From Paraspadella gotoi (Eukaryota; Animalia; Chaetognatha): DNA of 64,000 bases. The position numbers were made by a program, and so were the translations under genes. Each line of letters opens with the position of its first letter. Within the stretch, counting starts at the first letter, position 1. The stretch is taken from assembly GCA_051294375.1 (NCBI GenBank), contig CM119263.1:17442635-17506634 (forward strand), given 5' to 3'. This document shows, in pieces, positions 40,765-54,323 of this stretch. Under the pieces are notes generated by a model. The model ran no database searches, was not told the origin of the DNA, and was given only the letters and a program-made list of their open reading frames with translations.

Positions 40765-42644
40765 TTCTCTTCTCTTCTCTTCTCAGCAGAATAGAGGACA
40801 AAGTCGATGACAAAAAATTCCTCTGAAGATCAAAATCCAAAATCTTGCTTTCTTTTCCCACAATTTCAAATCTTCTGAATCGAAAGACGGACGTCCTGAG
40901 ACAAACGAGCTTTACCAAGTTCTAACGATTTTCACTTTTCACATCACGAACTGTCAGTGTTAATTAAGTTCGTTTCATTTCTCGTTTTTTTTTTATTAAT
41001 CATGATAACCATTTATGGAGAAAAATCTCTTTTCCGATTTCTTTAAATTAGATTTATTGGCAAAGGCGGCATCTGCTTCTAGTCGGAATATGTTTGTGCG
41101 TGTTTGCATTTCGCATCTGCTCGCGTGTGTTTGCATTTCTCGATTTTTTTTGTTTGCGTTCGGTTCTGTCGCGTTTAATATATATCTTCTTTTTTTGGTC
41201 CCTCCGATAACTCGTCCCTTATTCGGGGTCATTTTCCGTCATGTGACGGAATTTTTCCTGTCATCCGGTGACGTTTTGTCACGACGTTTCTTACTTAATC
41301 ACGTGACAAACTCCTTCACTGCTTCCTTTCGCTTTGATCATGAATCTGACTCGGTTGATCCGAACCGAGCTGATCTGATTTGACCAATGACGTCGATGAC
41401 GATCATTGGCGGTCAATGACCAGAGAATTCCAGAAAAATACCTTCGTTTTTTTCATAATATATTTTATGCTTTTTTCAACTGGTTTCTTATTCTACGTGA
41501 AGGGTTTTCACCTCCTACTTCCTAAAAACTAGTTNNNNNNNNNNNNNNNNNNNNNNNNNNNNNNNNNNNNNNNNNNNNNNNNNNNNNNNNNNNNNNNNNN
41601 NNNNNNNNNNNNNNNNNNNNNNNNNNNNNNNNNNNNNNNNNNNNNNNNNNNNNNNNNNNNNNNNNNNNNNNNNNNNNNNNNNNNNNNNNNNNNNNNNNNN
41701 NNNNNNNNNNNNNNNNNNNNNNNNNNNNNNNNNNNNNNNNNNNNNNNNNNNNNNNNNNNNNNNNNNNNNNNNNNNNNNNNNNNNNNNNNNNNNNNNNNNN
41801 NNNNNNNNNNNNNNNNNNNNNNNNNNNNNNNNNNNNNNNNNNNNNNNNNNNNNNNNNNNNNNNNNNNNNNNNNNNNNNNNNNNNNNNNNNNNNNNNNNNN
41901 NNNNNNNNNNNNNNNNNNNNNNNNNNNNNNNNNNNNNNNNNNNNNNNNNNNNNNNNNNNNNNNNNNNNNNNNNNNNNNNNNNNNNNNNNNNNNNNNNNNN
42001 NNNNNNNNNNNNNNNNNNNNNNNNNNNNNNNNNNNNNNNNNNNNNNNNNNNNNNNNNNNNNNNNNNNNNNNNNNNNNNNNNNNNNNNNNNNNNNNNNNNN
42101 NNNNNNNNNNNNNNNNNNNNNNNNNNNNNNNNNNNNNNNNNNNNNNNNNNNNNNNNNNNNNNNNNNNNNNNNNNNNNNNNNNNNNNNNNNNNNNNNNNNN
42201 NNNNNNNNNNNNNNNNNNNNNNNNNNNNNNNNNNNNNNNNNNNNNNNNNNNNNNNNNNNNNNNNNNNNNNNNNNNNNNNNNNNNNNNNNNNNNNNNNNNN
42301 NNNNNNNNNNNNNNNNNNNNNNNNNNNNNNNNNNNNNNNNNNNNNNNNNNNNNNNNNNNNNNNNNNNNNNNNNNNNNNNNNNNNNNNNNNNNNNNNTTCT
42401 CTCTTTATTTTGAATCTTTTATAGACGCTCTCTCAACCGTCTTTACCCACCCTTGTCTTTCCAATGTGTCTCGAACCATGGACCTTCGGAGCCAAATACT
42501 TTAAGGGGCGAAAAGTCGTGGAACGAGAAAAGAAAAATGAATAAAAAGGAGGAAGAGGAAAAAATGGGCGGAAGAAGGAAGTCGCTTACCACGATTGGCT
42601 CCTTCATTATTGGTGTCATTTATGGCGCCAGTCACAATCGTGGA

Positions 42645-42682
<38 letters not shown>

Positions 42683-43149
42683 NNNNNNNNNNNNNNNNNN
42701 NNNNNNNNNNNNNNNNNNNNNNNNNNNNNNNNNNNNNNNNNNNNNNNNNNNNNNNNNNNNNNNNNNNNNNNNNNNNNNNNNNNNNNNNNNNNNNNNNNNN
42801 NNNNNNNNNNNTCGTCCTTTGTTTTTATTTAATTTAATGTTAATCTTTTGTTACTTTCCCCTCGTCTATTTTGTCTTGCCTCTATTGTTTCCATTCTGCT
42901 TCATTTCAAGATTGACTTTTTTCATTCTTTATTTTTTTTTCATGCACGTTTTCTTTTTTTAACGTAATCCAAGACTTAATGGAAACCGAACAGAAATTCC
43001 TCATACCTACGTACTAATGTAAAGTGTATCCAACTAGATTATTTTCGGTTGGGTTTAAGATTTTTTCGCGAAAACTACATTTTTTTGGTCTCCTTCTTCG
43101 AATATTTGTGTTCTGTTATTCTTTCTCATTTTCTTCTACAGACTTTCGT

Positions 43150-43255
<106 letters not shown>

Positions 43256-43814
43256 TGTCTTCCATTTTTGGTTCAGCTCCATTTCTGATAATTCGATTTA
43301 CTTTGTTTTTCCATCTTGCGAGAATTAACTACATTTTTAGTGAGAAAAAAAATTTGACTAACTGTAATTTTATTCTCATTTGTTGCTAAATTGCTAAATT
43401 TTTAGGTAATTCCATTTTAATCCATAGGACAAGGTTTTACGTGACAATTTACAAAGTGATTGAGAGTGAATATTGAATAATAAAGAAGCTCAGCATTATG
43501 AGTTTTAAATTACAGCTAATTGTGACGGGTGAGAATAACAGACGCCCCGCATACTCTTGCTTTTTAGTAAAAGAAAAGGGAAAAAAATTAACTAAAAATG
43601 AAAACCAATAATCTTTCCTAACAATTTATTTGATGCAAAGAGTCTCCCTCCAATGAAAAACGACCTTTTTGAAAAGACTAATCTTATGAGGCGGTGAGAG
43701 ACCCCTTCGACCTTCGACAATAGAGAAGCTAAGAATCAGGAAGCGAAACTAACAATGAGAAACAAATGAAAAACAGTGTATACAGAAATTGAACAATGGC
43801 ATTGTATGTACTAT

Positions 43815-45158
43815 CTAGGAAAAAAGTTAGAAACATTTTTTTTTTAANNNNNNNNNNNNNNNNNNNNNNNNNCTTTAAGTTATAATTATTCAATACAAAA
43901 TATTACAAAATGAACATTCTCATTTGGTATGCCCTCCCCCGGCATCGATCACTGCTGGGCATTCTGAGGCATGTCTCGTAAGCGAATTTAGAGGTACGGA
44001 GGTGAAATGTTTTTCCACACCTTTTAGCGCGATCTTTCAGCCCGATGTTGATGTTGGCGGTTCTCGACTTTGCTCTTTTTCATCTGCGACCAAAGCGATC
44101 AAATTGGATTTGGATCGGGGGATTCAACCTCGGCAATCAGAGAATGTTGATTTGATGGGATTGGATGCCACTGCTTCGTGAGCTAGCGCTCTATTCGCGA
44201 GGATGCTCGTTCCTAAAGCATAGATCTACGTCGCGCTTCGAAAAGATTTTATCTGTTGCTTTATTAATATGTCCTTGATAAAGTATTGCAATTGATTGGT
44301 GGGGCGTGACTAGGAAATAGGAACTGTGGCTTTTATTTTACGTCTTGTGATGGCACCAAAGCATTGATATTGCCAGGTCTTTGTTGTGAGTTGAACAGTC
44401 GGAGAACGGCGTTCAACAAGCGAGCGACGACGATATAGAACTCACACCTGCCATTATTTCTCGAACTGGAATCCACAGTATTCAGCAGAAGCACTGACCC
44501 ATTACAGGCGACGACCATGGTGTCTGTGCAAATTGCCTTTGCTTGATCTTTCTTCTGTTGTTACTTGTCTTCGGAGGTACCGGTGAAAAGTGTGCTGGAC
44601 CAGCAGCGGTGTTGACCGTTTGATCGAGTCAACATTAACGCGGTGCTTTGTAGCTTTCATTCCTTATCCACTAGAGCGACTTTTTTAGATCCTCTACAGA
44701 GTCTTTTTCAAGTTGTCTTGAGTCTGGATGTGTACTTTTTGTCTCCGAGGTGCGCACACCAAATGTTTTTGATTTGTTGCCGTAAAAATTATGCATGGTG
44801 ACAAGGGTTCCAGTTATTGTGATGATTGTTGCGTCTTTTCCTATTTGCTCGCTACATTACTTTAGTGAACCGAGAGAGGCTGTCTATCGGTAACCAAATT
44901 TAAAAAATGAAAAAATAACTAATCCAATTTGAAATAGAAACAATAGTCGGAATACCGAGATGTTAGGAAAGTATGCGATTTTTTCGCCATTTTCCTTAGA
45001 ATAGCAATGATATATTTTGCCTCTAATTCTATACGGTATAGATCTCACGAAATGGAAGAAGCAACTGAAGATTTAGGTAGATCTGAACTCCTGATTTTCT
45101 AAACGAGAAGTTTTCGATAATCCTTACGAATTAAAATGTTTCTAACTTTTTTTCCTAG
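43815..45158 (-). mobile_element. Tc1/mariner-superfamily (Tc1-like) DNA transposon
   Basis: TIRs CTAGGAAAAAAGTTAGAAACATTTT (43815-39) and its reverse complement with one extra T (45133-58); TA within a few bp of both ends; ~1.35 kb including a 25-N gap. Confidence 0.85.
43920..44870 (-). pseudogene. Frameshifted Tc1-type DDE transposase
   Basis: Minus-strand fragments SMLW.AIT (~44360), ESPDPNPI*SLWSQMKK (~44075-44125; Tc1 SPDLNPIE.LW motif) and C-terminal AVIDAGGGHTK* ending at 43920 (Tc1 AVI.A.GG.TKY). 5' end approximate. Confidence 0.8.
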
Positions 45159-45204
45159 TGCCTTATGTTAGTGTACCATGTTGACGAAGGGCAACTGTCT
45201 AACA

Positions 45205-45720
45205 TGCACCCCGTTGACGCGCCCGGTCGGAGTGTGTGTCGAAAACGCTACGTTATTTTAAAACTCATTATATGAAATTTGTGACAACCAAATAAAATTA
45301 ACCATTATTAATAATAAGATTTGCCTTAACTTTGCACAGTTGCGTGTCTTAATGCCTCCATCATCTTACAAGATATGACATTGCAGTTCCTGCAAGCTTT
45401 CATAGGACTTATAATAACTTTTAGCAATTATAATATAAGAGTATAAATGAATCTCTTGTATGGTGACTGCTAAATGCACCGTTGACGCCGCCCGGTCGGA
45501 GGTGTGTGTCGAAACACCGCTACGTTATTTTAAAAAAACTCATTATATGAAATTTGTACAACCAATATAAAAATTAACCATTCATTTAATAAATAAGCTA
45601 TCTTGCCCCTAACTTTGGACAGGCTTTGGTGGTTTAAGGCCTCCATCACTCTTACAAGATAATGACATTGCAGGTTCCTGCAAGCTTTCAATCAGGACTT
45701 ATATATAGACTTTTATATAA
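45205..45720 (+). repeat. Tandem ~270-bp duplication
   Basis: atgcacc(c)cgttgacgc...cggtcggag...gcaagctttca..ggactta begins at 45205 and again at 45474. Confidence 0.85.
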
Positions 45721-45873
45721 TATAAATATAAATAATGGACGCATTTTTTTCAAAAACGACGACGACGACGATTTAACGACAAAGACGACAAAGTCAACGA
45801 CATCAGTCATATTTTCCACGCTCAAAAATCCTGTCGTTTGTTTACTTTTGTTTTGACACCAAAAATGCCATCG

Positions 45874-45911
<38 letters not shown>

Positions 45912-46196
45912 ACTTTTTTATTCTTTTGTTTTTTGGTCATATTCAACGATCTTGACCGACGGATTGGTCATTAACTCAAACATTAAGAACGATAAATTTA
46001 GCGTCTAATTTTTTTATTGAAACATTGGTGTCAAATTTTGGGATCGTAAGACGCAAGTCTTATTCAGCTCTCAAAAGCGTCCGATAGGAAAAATCAATCA
46101 ATCTATATATTCTGGGTTGCGAGTGAGAGTGATCTCAAGCTCGCAATTAATGTACCGACCGTCATTGAACCTTTCGCGACGAGCCTTCCCTTCCAG

Positions 46197-46233
46197 TCGA
46201 ACGCAAAACCTGTCCTCCGTTGATCAGCCGACG
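46197..46233 (+). CDS. Candidate 37-nt exon (G-RTQNLSSVDQPT)
   Basis: cttcccttccAG acceptor 46195-96; phase-2 entry fits the 39754 donor; donor ACG|GTAAAA. Short enough to arise by chance. Confidence 0.3.
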
Positions 46234-46847
46234 GTAAAAAAGAAAGAACTCCGACTCCGACTGAATGGGACCCGGATGAAGCCCGGATGCAACTGAAATG
46301 GCGCCAATGAAATGGCGACCTTCGAAACTAATTAGACGGCGTTTGATTCTCATCCTATTTGAAAGGAAAGCATGGTGGTGGTGGTCGTCGTCGTCGTCGT
46401 CGTCACGGTCTCTGCTGACTTTTTGCCTCGGAATAAGCTGTCGTCTTCGTTATGTTCTCGTCTTTGTTGACGTCCTCGCTGGCGCTCTCGTCCTTTTTTT
46501 CGTCTCCGTCGTCGTCGTCATTTTTAACGTTTTTGTCCTCGAGTGGATTCCACTCGCCGCACCTCCTCCCAATTCGCGTGATTGCTGCCCTCACCGCCGC
46601 CAAAAAACCCTTAAACCCCACGCCCTCACCGCTTCACCTCAAACCCGTGCCCACCATGTTTTAAACCACTTTTAAACCACCAACTTACCAACCACCGCCG
46701 CCGCCACCGAGTCCGCCATTGGTTTAGAGGAGTGATTTATTTTCGGGCAAAGTTTATATGCGCATAATCAGGTTTTTTTGGTTTTGATGCGAAAGCGAAT
46801 TTTCGCTGCCTGACTCTGTCTCTCTTGAGAGAGAAGAAACAAAGGAA

Positions 46848-46960
<113 letters not shown>

Positions 46961-47472
46961 CAAGATGCTCCTTCCCTTAACGAATTACTCAAAAAGAAAA
47001 CCTTGACAGTTACGGAAAATGGTTGGCAAAAAAAAAACCGGGCTCCATTAAATAAAGCGTCCATAGAAACTGCGAAAAAGCTAATAAAAACGTGCTTAAC
47101 GATGGAGGAAAGAGAAGGCACTTACCTCGACTTAAACTTACTCTCTCAACCTTTCTGTTTGTTGTCGTTCCTTCGGAATTCGACGAGGGCTTTTCCTTGC
47201 GAAAACAAACTTTCGTTTTTGAGGAAATTTTAGGAAGACGTTGTTTTTCGTCGTCGTCGATGTAGTTGTTGTCGTCGATATTGCTGCCGCAAAGTCAAAA
47301 TATTTTCGTTGGGTTTTGCCGTTTCTGGAAAAAAGTAAGATATATTTTGTGTGGGTTGGTTCAGCGCGAGAGCGCGCAAGTTATAACGCCAGCATTGACA
47401 ATACACGACACATAGGTGGAACAGTGATAACACAGCGTATATAAGACTGCAATGACCAGACTAATTCATTTT

Positions 47473-47509
<37 letters not shown>

Positions 47510-49475
47510 NNNNNNNNNNNNNNNNNNNNNNNNNNNNNNNNNNNNNNNNNNNNNNNNNNNNNNNNNNNNNNNNNNNNNNNNNNNNNNNNNNNNNNNNNNN
47601 NNNCTCTCTCTCTCTCTCTCTCCCTTACTCTCTTCCTGGGATCGACGCAGACGGAGGCAAACAGCATCAGGTGGATTCTCCTTCTGTTCTCTCCCCGCGG
47701 TTTTTGCTTTAATATTGAATTTATGAGTTGTTAACTTGGATTAATGAGCATCGGAAGGAGGAAGGGAGATATTGATTGTACGGTGTACGGAGCTTTTCTG
47801 GAAGATCTAGTTCTACCGACTTTCGTATTGCGAGATGCTTGGTACGTTAAAGTTATCCGGTTGGTCACAGGTCACAGGTCACAGATATTCAGTCTTGTGA
47901 TTCTAAAGGGATGATCTATATCTTATCGTCTCAGTGAAAAGCTTACTGTTATTTTACACAAGGGGTCGAGAAAAATGTCTTACTTTTGATATGGTCTCTA
48001 TTATCGGGCGCTTTACGAGCGAAGGTTTATTCAAACAGATTCTCTCTTTATTTTGAATCTTTTATAGACGCTCTCTCAATTTCTCTCTCCCTCGGAACGT
48101 TCTTGCTCTATCTCTAGGTCTCTATCTCTTTACCTTTAAATATNNNNNNNNNNNNNNNNNNNNNNNNNNNNNNNNNNNNNNNNNNNNNNNNNNNNNNNNN
48201 NNNNNNNNNNNNNNNNNNNNNNNNNNNNNNNNNNNNNNNNNNNNNNNNNNNNNNNNNNNNNNNNNNNNNNNNNNNNNNNNNNNNNNNNNNNNNNNNNNNN
48301 NNNNNNNNNNNNNNNNNNNNNNNNNNNNNNNNNNNNNNNNNNNNNNNNNNNNNNNNNNNNNNNNNNNNNNNNNNNNNNNNNNNNNNNNNNNNNNNNNNNN
48401 NNNNNNNNNNNNNNNNNNNNNNNNNNNNNNNNNNNNNNNNNNNNNNNNNNNNNNNNNNNNNNNNNNNNNNNNNNNNNNNNNNNNNNNNNNNNNNNNNNNN
48501 NNNNNNNNNNNNNNNNNNNNNNNNNNNNNNNNNNNNNNNNNNNNNNNNNNNNNNNNNNNNNNNNNNNNNNNNNNNNNNNNNNNNNNNNNNNNNNNNNNNN
48601 NNNNNNNNNNNNNNNNNNNNTTGCTTTCTTTTTGGGAAAAGTTTCTCGATATTTAATTATCCGAAACCGTTATTTTCTATCGGATTTTCGCAAAAATTTT
48701 TTGGCCTTAAATTATTTTTCTTTTCAAACATTTTACCTGTAAAAAGGAAAAAAATTGCAGTATTCCCAATAATTTTTTTTTTTCTAGACAGTATTTCATG
48801 CTGTACCGGTCGAACTCTATCTTTGAAACCAGAATGTTTTAATTTTTTTCACTTCAGAGGAAAAAAATGTCGGTTTCTAATCGGGACTGACGTAAATGTT
48901 TTGAAATGGTCACACTGAACTAAACTGACGGACGTGATGAGTCTATCGTAACAAAGAGAAAATGACGACNNNNNNNNNNACGACGACGACAAAAACGACG
49001 ACGATAATCGATTTTTTTTTCCCTTTTTGAATCGAGATACGACATCCTTTTTTAATTTTTTTTTCTTCCATTGACTTTTTTTGTTCTTTAAAAAGGCACA
49101 GGTATGTATGTAAATTGTATTGAACAGAATGTAGTAGGCATCTGAAAATGCAAGACTCCCCACAAGCGGAGCGGTCATTTTCGTTGTCGTCGTCGTCGCG
49201 GGATCGAAATTGCTCTTTCTCGATCGAGGCGAAGCGTATGAATGATCAGCTCCATCTTTCCTGCTTGAACTGCCTTCTCCAATCTCTCTCTCTCTCTCTC
49301 TCCTCTCTCTCTTCTCCTCTCTCTCTCTTCTCTCTCTCCTTCTCTCTCTCTCTCTCTTCCCCTCCCTTCTTTCTTCCCTTCCTTTTTCAGCCCGAATTCA
49401 GACGGATTTCTTTCAGAGTCTTCGATGTTTGAGACGCTATCTTTGAACCCGTTTCTGTCGGTTTGACCCGGCATT

Positions 49476-49555
<80 letters not shown>

Positions 49556-50283
49556 ACAGGTCTCGCATAACTTCCGATTTTCCTCCTTTCCCGCCAGAGC
49601 CTCTCAGTCTCTCCTTTCGCGGTTCCCCGAATCGATTTCGCCCTCAAGTTCCTTCATCTTTATTCTTCGCCTTCGTTTCGTTTCGTTCCGATGACGACAT
49701 GACGTGCGATAAAGAATTTATGCACCGGCGGGCGAGAGAAAGAGAGAGAGAGAGAGANNNNNNNNNNNNNNNNNNNNNNNNNNNNNNNNNNNNNNNNNNN
49801 NNNNNNNNNNNNNNNNNNNNNNNNNNNNNNNNNNNNNNNNNNNNNNNNNNNNNNNNNNNNNNNNNNNNNNNNNNNNNNNNNNNNNNNNNNNNNNNNNNNN
49901 NNNNNNNNNNNNNNNNNNNNNNNNNNNNNNNNNNNNNNNNNNNNNNNNNNNNNNNNNNNNNNNNNNNNNNNNNNNNNNNNNNNNNNNNNNNNCCGACAGA
50001 CCGGCCGAAAAGTGACTTATAGAGTTGCTCCGCGAGTACTCGGACGCAGATAGACTGAGAGAAGGACTGACAAAGAGACAGACTAACGAAAGCAAGAAAG
50101 ACAGACATACAAGGAGAAAGAGTGACAGACTGACAGACGATTATGAGACCGGAAGATATACGGAGACGAGAGTTACCGAAAAACAGACAGTATGATAGAC
50201 AGACCGACGTGTAATTAGAAAGACAGACAGACACACGAGTTTATACTCAAACTAAATAAGAGCGCCTCTTCCTCGAGCGTCTT

Positions 50284-50352
50284 CCAATCATGACGATGTC
50301 GTGCGCCATCTAGAATCGGGCGAGTCATCGATTAGCCGGAAGTGGGCGTGGC
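50284..50352 (+). promoter_or_regulatory. Candidate promoter/enhancer motif cluster
   Basis: CCAAT (50284), YY1-like CGCCATC (50304), ETS CCGGAAGT (50336) directly abutting a KLF/Sp GGGCGTGGC (50344), all within 70 bp. Confidence 0.3.
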
Positions 50353-50617
50353 AGGGTCTCGGAGATGGAGGCCCCGGGCGAATTGCTTGAAGAAAATTTC
50401 AGCGTTTGGGACAAAAAGTCATTTTCAATTTAGCCTTCCGTTGATTGACTTCGGCGAATCAAAGAGGTTTTGTGAGTGGAGGACCGGATGATTCAGCGAG
50501 ACCCCGAGTATCTGAAACAAGAAAGGCGAACTGGCCGAACGAGGTTCAATATTTACACCGCCTCACATCCACCATCGTAGTTCAAATGTTCAGCTTGATC
50601 TTTTCTGCCAGATTCGT

Positions 50618-50648
<31 letters not shown>

Positions 50649-52671
50649 CACTCTCTGCCTCGTCGCATTAACGACGCGCATTACCAACGAACGAATCCGT
50701 TCGAATCTCCCTGTATGTTTATGAGACGAACCTGGACGCCGGCCAAATAGAGGAGATTGGAAGAGAAAGGGAAAGTCAAGCTGGCCACGCCCACCCGTCG
50801 GCCATCTTTCCGCTCGAGCTCGTTCCGCGAAATTCATTGAAACTGAGAGAGAAAGAGCGGGAACTTTGGAGCTTGAAAAATCTTTGTTTCAAGGTTAGTA
50901 AAAGGCTGAAGAGGAGGAGGGAGAGAGAAGGAGGAACTCTGTCGAGGAAAAGAAGATCAAATATTGAAGAGAAGAGACTTTTGAATGTGGAAATGGAACC
51001 GAATTCTCAGACGAAAAAAAGGGCCATTCTTTTCCTTTCGACGGATGTTTTGGTCCTTTTTTGGGGATCCTCGATCCTCCTTCGTATTTACTACGAACCA
51101 TAGAAACTCTCTTTCCTCTCTTCCCTTCTCTCTCTCCATCTCTCTCTCTCTCTCTCTCCCTCCCTCAATTTTATCCGTCGCCGCCAAACATTTTCGCTCC
51201 TTTTGTTTATTCTGCTTCGGAGAAGGAAGCGGATTAAAAGAGAAAATGCGAGACCGCGAGGAGGAAATAAAATAGAATAAATAAAAGAAGAAAATGGGAT
51301 GATAGAAAATATATAAATATATATATATATAAATATATATATATATAAAAAATATATACCGTGCGAAGAAGAAGAAGGGGAAAAAAGGAGGAAAGGGCGT
51401 TTCAATTTTCCGCTAGAACTAATAGAACGACGAAAGGGCTGTAAAAAAAAAGCCTAAAAATAGCAGCCATCAAATGAATCGTTTTTAAATAAAGTTTGTG
51501 AAAGATCGGGAAAACAAAATAGTAGGAGGCAAAGAAAAAAAAAGGCAAATCATTAAAAAGAAAAAAGAGAAGAAATTTTGAAAAAAGAGACGAGATTAGC
51601 GAAAACAATGGCGGAAAACGTTTATGGTTTTTTCTGAGGGGACTGGATTTATCTTGGAATAATTTTTTCAATTTTTTTTTTAAATCGTCAGATTTGACAT
51701 CTTTTTGGTTGAGTTTTTTGACAATCCGCAAACTTATTCAGATCTATTTACAAAATAGCTTTTAAAATATTGAAGAATAAAAAATATAGCACGAACGAAG
51801 GACGGAAAAAATAAAGAAAATATTTAAGAAATGAGGGGAAAAAATGATAAAAAAAAAAACAAGATAAAATAAAGAAAATAGTAGCATATGGACAGAGAAA
51901 GAGAGAGCCGACATTTTTCAAAATTGAAATCTCGACCGCAGAATCAGATGTCGGGGTCGAAAGAAATTGAACAACAGACTGAGCTGATGAAAAAGCGAAA
52001 AAGGACCACATGCGACTCGCCTGTCAACTTTAAAACGTTGACTCGCCATATCGTATGCCGCAGTCGAGGAGCAGATAAAACCTCTGTCTTATACTCTTTG
52101 TCAACTACCGCAAAAATAAAAAACCTTCACAAAAAACTTTTTTTTCTCTAAATTGACCCACCATATATATTACCTATCCTTCTAACTTCATAGTGGATAC
52201 TCCAGACGACCCAGACGTTGTGTGTCCGTAAAGTTTCACCTCGCGATCGAGCGGGCAGAAGTTTGATCTCAGTCAATGTCTTAAAGTTAAGCGGCGCACT
52301 AGAATTCCCAGGCTCGGTAGTCCCATTCTCCCGAGGGAATCGACACCCGATGCAAAATTGTCTCTCCCTTTTCTCTCCCTTTTTTTCCTGTTTTTCCTTT
52401 TTCGACGAAGAAAGACAAATGATTCGCGAACCAAAATAAAGGTTGAGTATAAAACGTAAAACTGTGACGAATGAGCTGGCTTAATGTGTACCCAACTCCG
52501 ACAAAAGGAAGAAGCGAAGCCGAGGGAGGTTAACATTGATAGAAAAAAATGGAGCNNNNNNNNNNNNNNNNNNNNNNNNNNNNNNNNNNNNNNNNNNNNN
52601 NNNNNNNNNNNNNNNNNNNNNNNNNNNNNNNNNNNNNNNNNNNNNNNNNNNNNNNNNNNNNNNNNNNNNNN

Positions 52672-52704
<33 letters not shown>

Positions 52705-54323
52705 GCGTAAATATGGTGGCCTAACAGGATCAGGAACGCACGTACAAATTTGCACTAAACTGCGGCCGCTCTCTCGTATTTAACATCACACTCACCAAAA
52801 CACATCCAGATGTACGGCGAAGTACTCGCGCACTACCGACGTGCAATCGTGCGTGCGTTAGAATGGACTTACCACATATGCATACAAACGGAAGCTTTTA
52901 GATATTATTCCTTTTTCTTTTCTTTAAACATGTAGTTTTTTTTTGTGTGGGGTCTTGGCTGAGGCTTTTCTCCTCCTTCATCTGAGGATTAAAACGTCCG
53001 GGTCTTAACCCCCCCCAACCCGGCCCTCCTTTTCCTCTTTCTTTCTTTTTTAACAACTGGGTGCACTGGCAAAATAGAGGAAAGAAAAAAAAGAGAGAAA
53101 AAGGAATAAATAGAGAAAAGAAACAAAAAGCCGGAAAAAAGAGGAGAGGAACAAGGGCCGTTAACTTCTCGCGAGCTAATGATTCTCAAAATCTCCGAAA
53201 ATCCCGATAGGGGAGGAAAAAAGGAAAAGGATAAAAAACAAAAGGGGAAATAAAGAAAAGGGGGAGAAAAAAAGGCAAGATTAGGGAATACTTGTTGGTT
53301 TTGTTTTAATGTATCTTCGTGCCAGAGTTGGTTCTCTGGCAAATTAATCATAAATTCATTTTGTTGAATTTTTTGAATTTTTTCTTTCTTTCTCGCTTTC
53401 TTTCTATTTCTTTCTTTCGTTCTTTCTTTCTTTTTATTTTTCTCTAAACCTGCATTTCTTGTCAAAGCTGGAGACACGAAGACTATAAACATCGAAGTGT
53501 TGAAGGGAGAAAGAGACGGAGTGGAGAGAGANNNNNNNNNNNNNNNNNNNNNNNNNNNNNNNNNNNNNNNNNNNNNNNNNNNNNNNNNNNNNNNNNNNNN
53601 NNNNNNNNNNNNNNNNNNNNNNNNNNNNNNNNNNNNNNNNNNNNNNNNNNNNNNNNNNNNNNNNNNNNNNNNNNNNNNNNNNNNNNNNNNNNNNNNNNNN
53701 NNNNNNNNNNNNNNNNNNNNNNNNNNNNNNNNNNNNNNNNNNNNNNNNNNNNNNNNNNNNNNNNNNNNNNNNNNNNNNNNNNNNNNNNNNNNNNNNNNNN
53801 NNNNNNNNNNNNNNNNNNNNNNNNNNNNNNNNNNNNNNNNNNNNNNNNNNNNNNNNNNNNNNNNNNNNNNNNNNNNNNNNNNNNNNNNNNNNNNNNNNNN
53901 NNNNNNNNNNNNNNNNNNNNNNNNNNNNNNNNNNNNNNNNNNNNNNNNNNNNNNNNNNNNNNNNNNNNNNNNNNNNNNNNNNNNNNNNNNNNNNNNNNNN
54001 NNNNNNNNNNNNNNNNNNNNNNNNNNNNNNNNNNNNNNNNNNNNNNNNNNNNNNNNNNNNNNNNNNNNNNNNNNNNNNNNNNNNNNNNNNNNNNNNNNNN
54101 NNNNNNNNNNNNNNNNNNNNNNNNNNNNNNNNNNNNNNNNNNNNNNNNNNNNNNNNNNNNNNNNNNNNNNNNNNNNNNNNNNNNNNNNNNNNNNNNNNNN
54201 NNNNNNNNNNNNNNNNNNNNNNNNNNNNNNNNNNNNNNNNNNNNNNNNNNNNNNNNNNNNNNNNNNNNNNNNNNNNNNNNNNNNNNNNNNNNNNNNNNNN
54301 NNNNNNNNNNNNNNNNNNNNNNN

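Noticed and set aside
49391-49465. Exon after the strong tttttcAG acceptor at 49390
   Set aside because: All three frames stop within 26 codons, the donor is weak, and the pyrimidine tract is a microsatellite.
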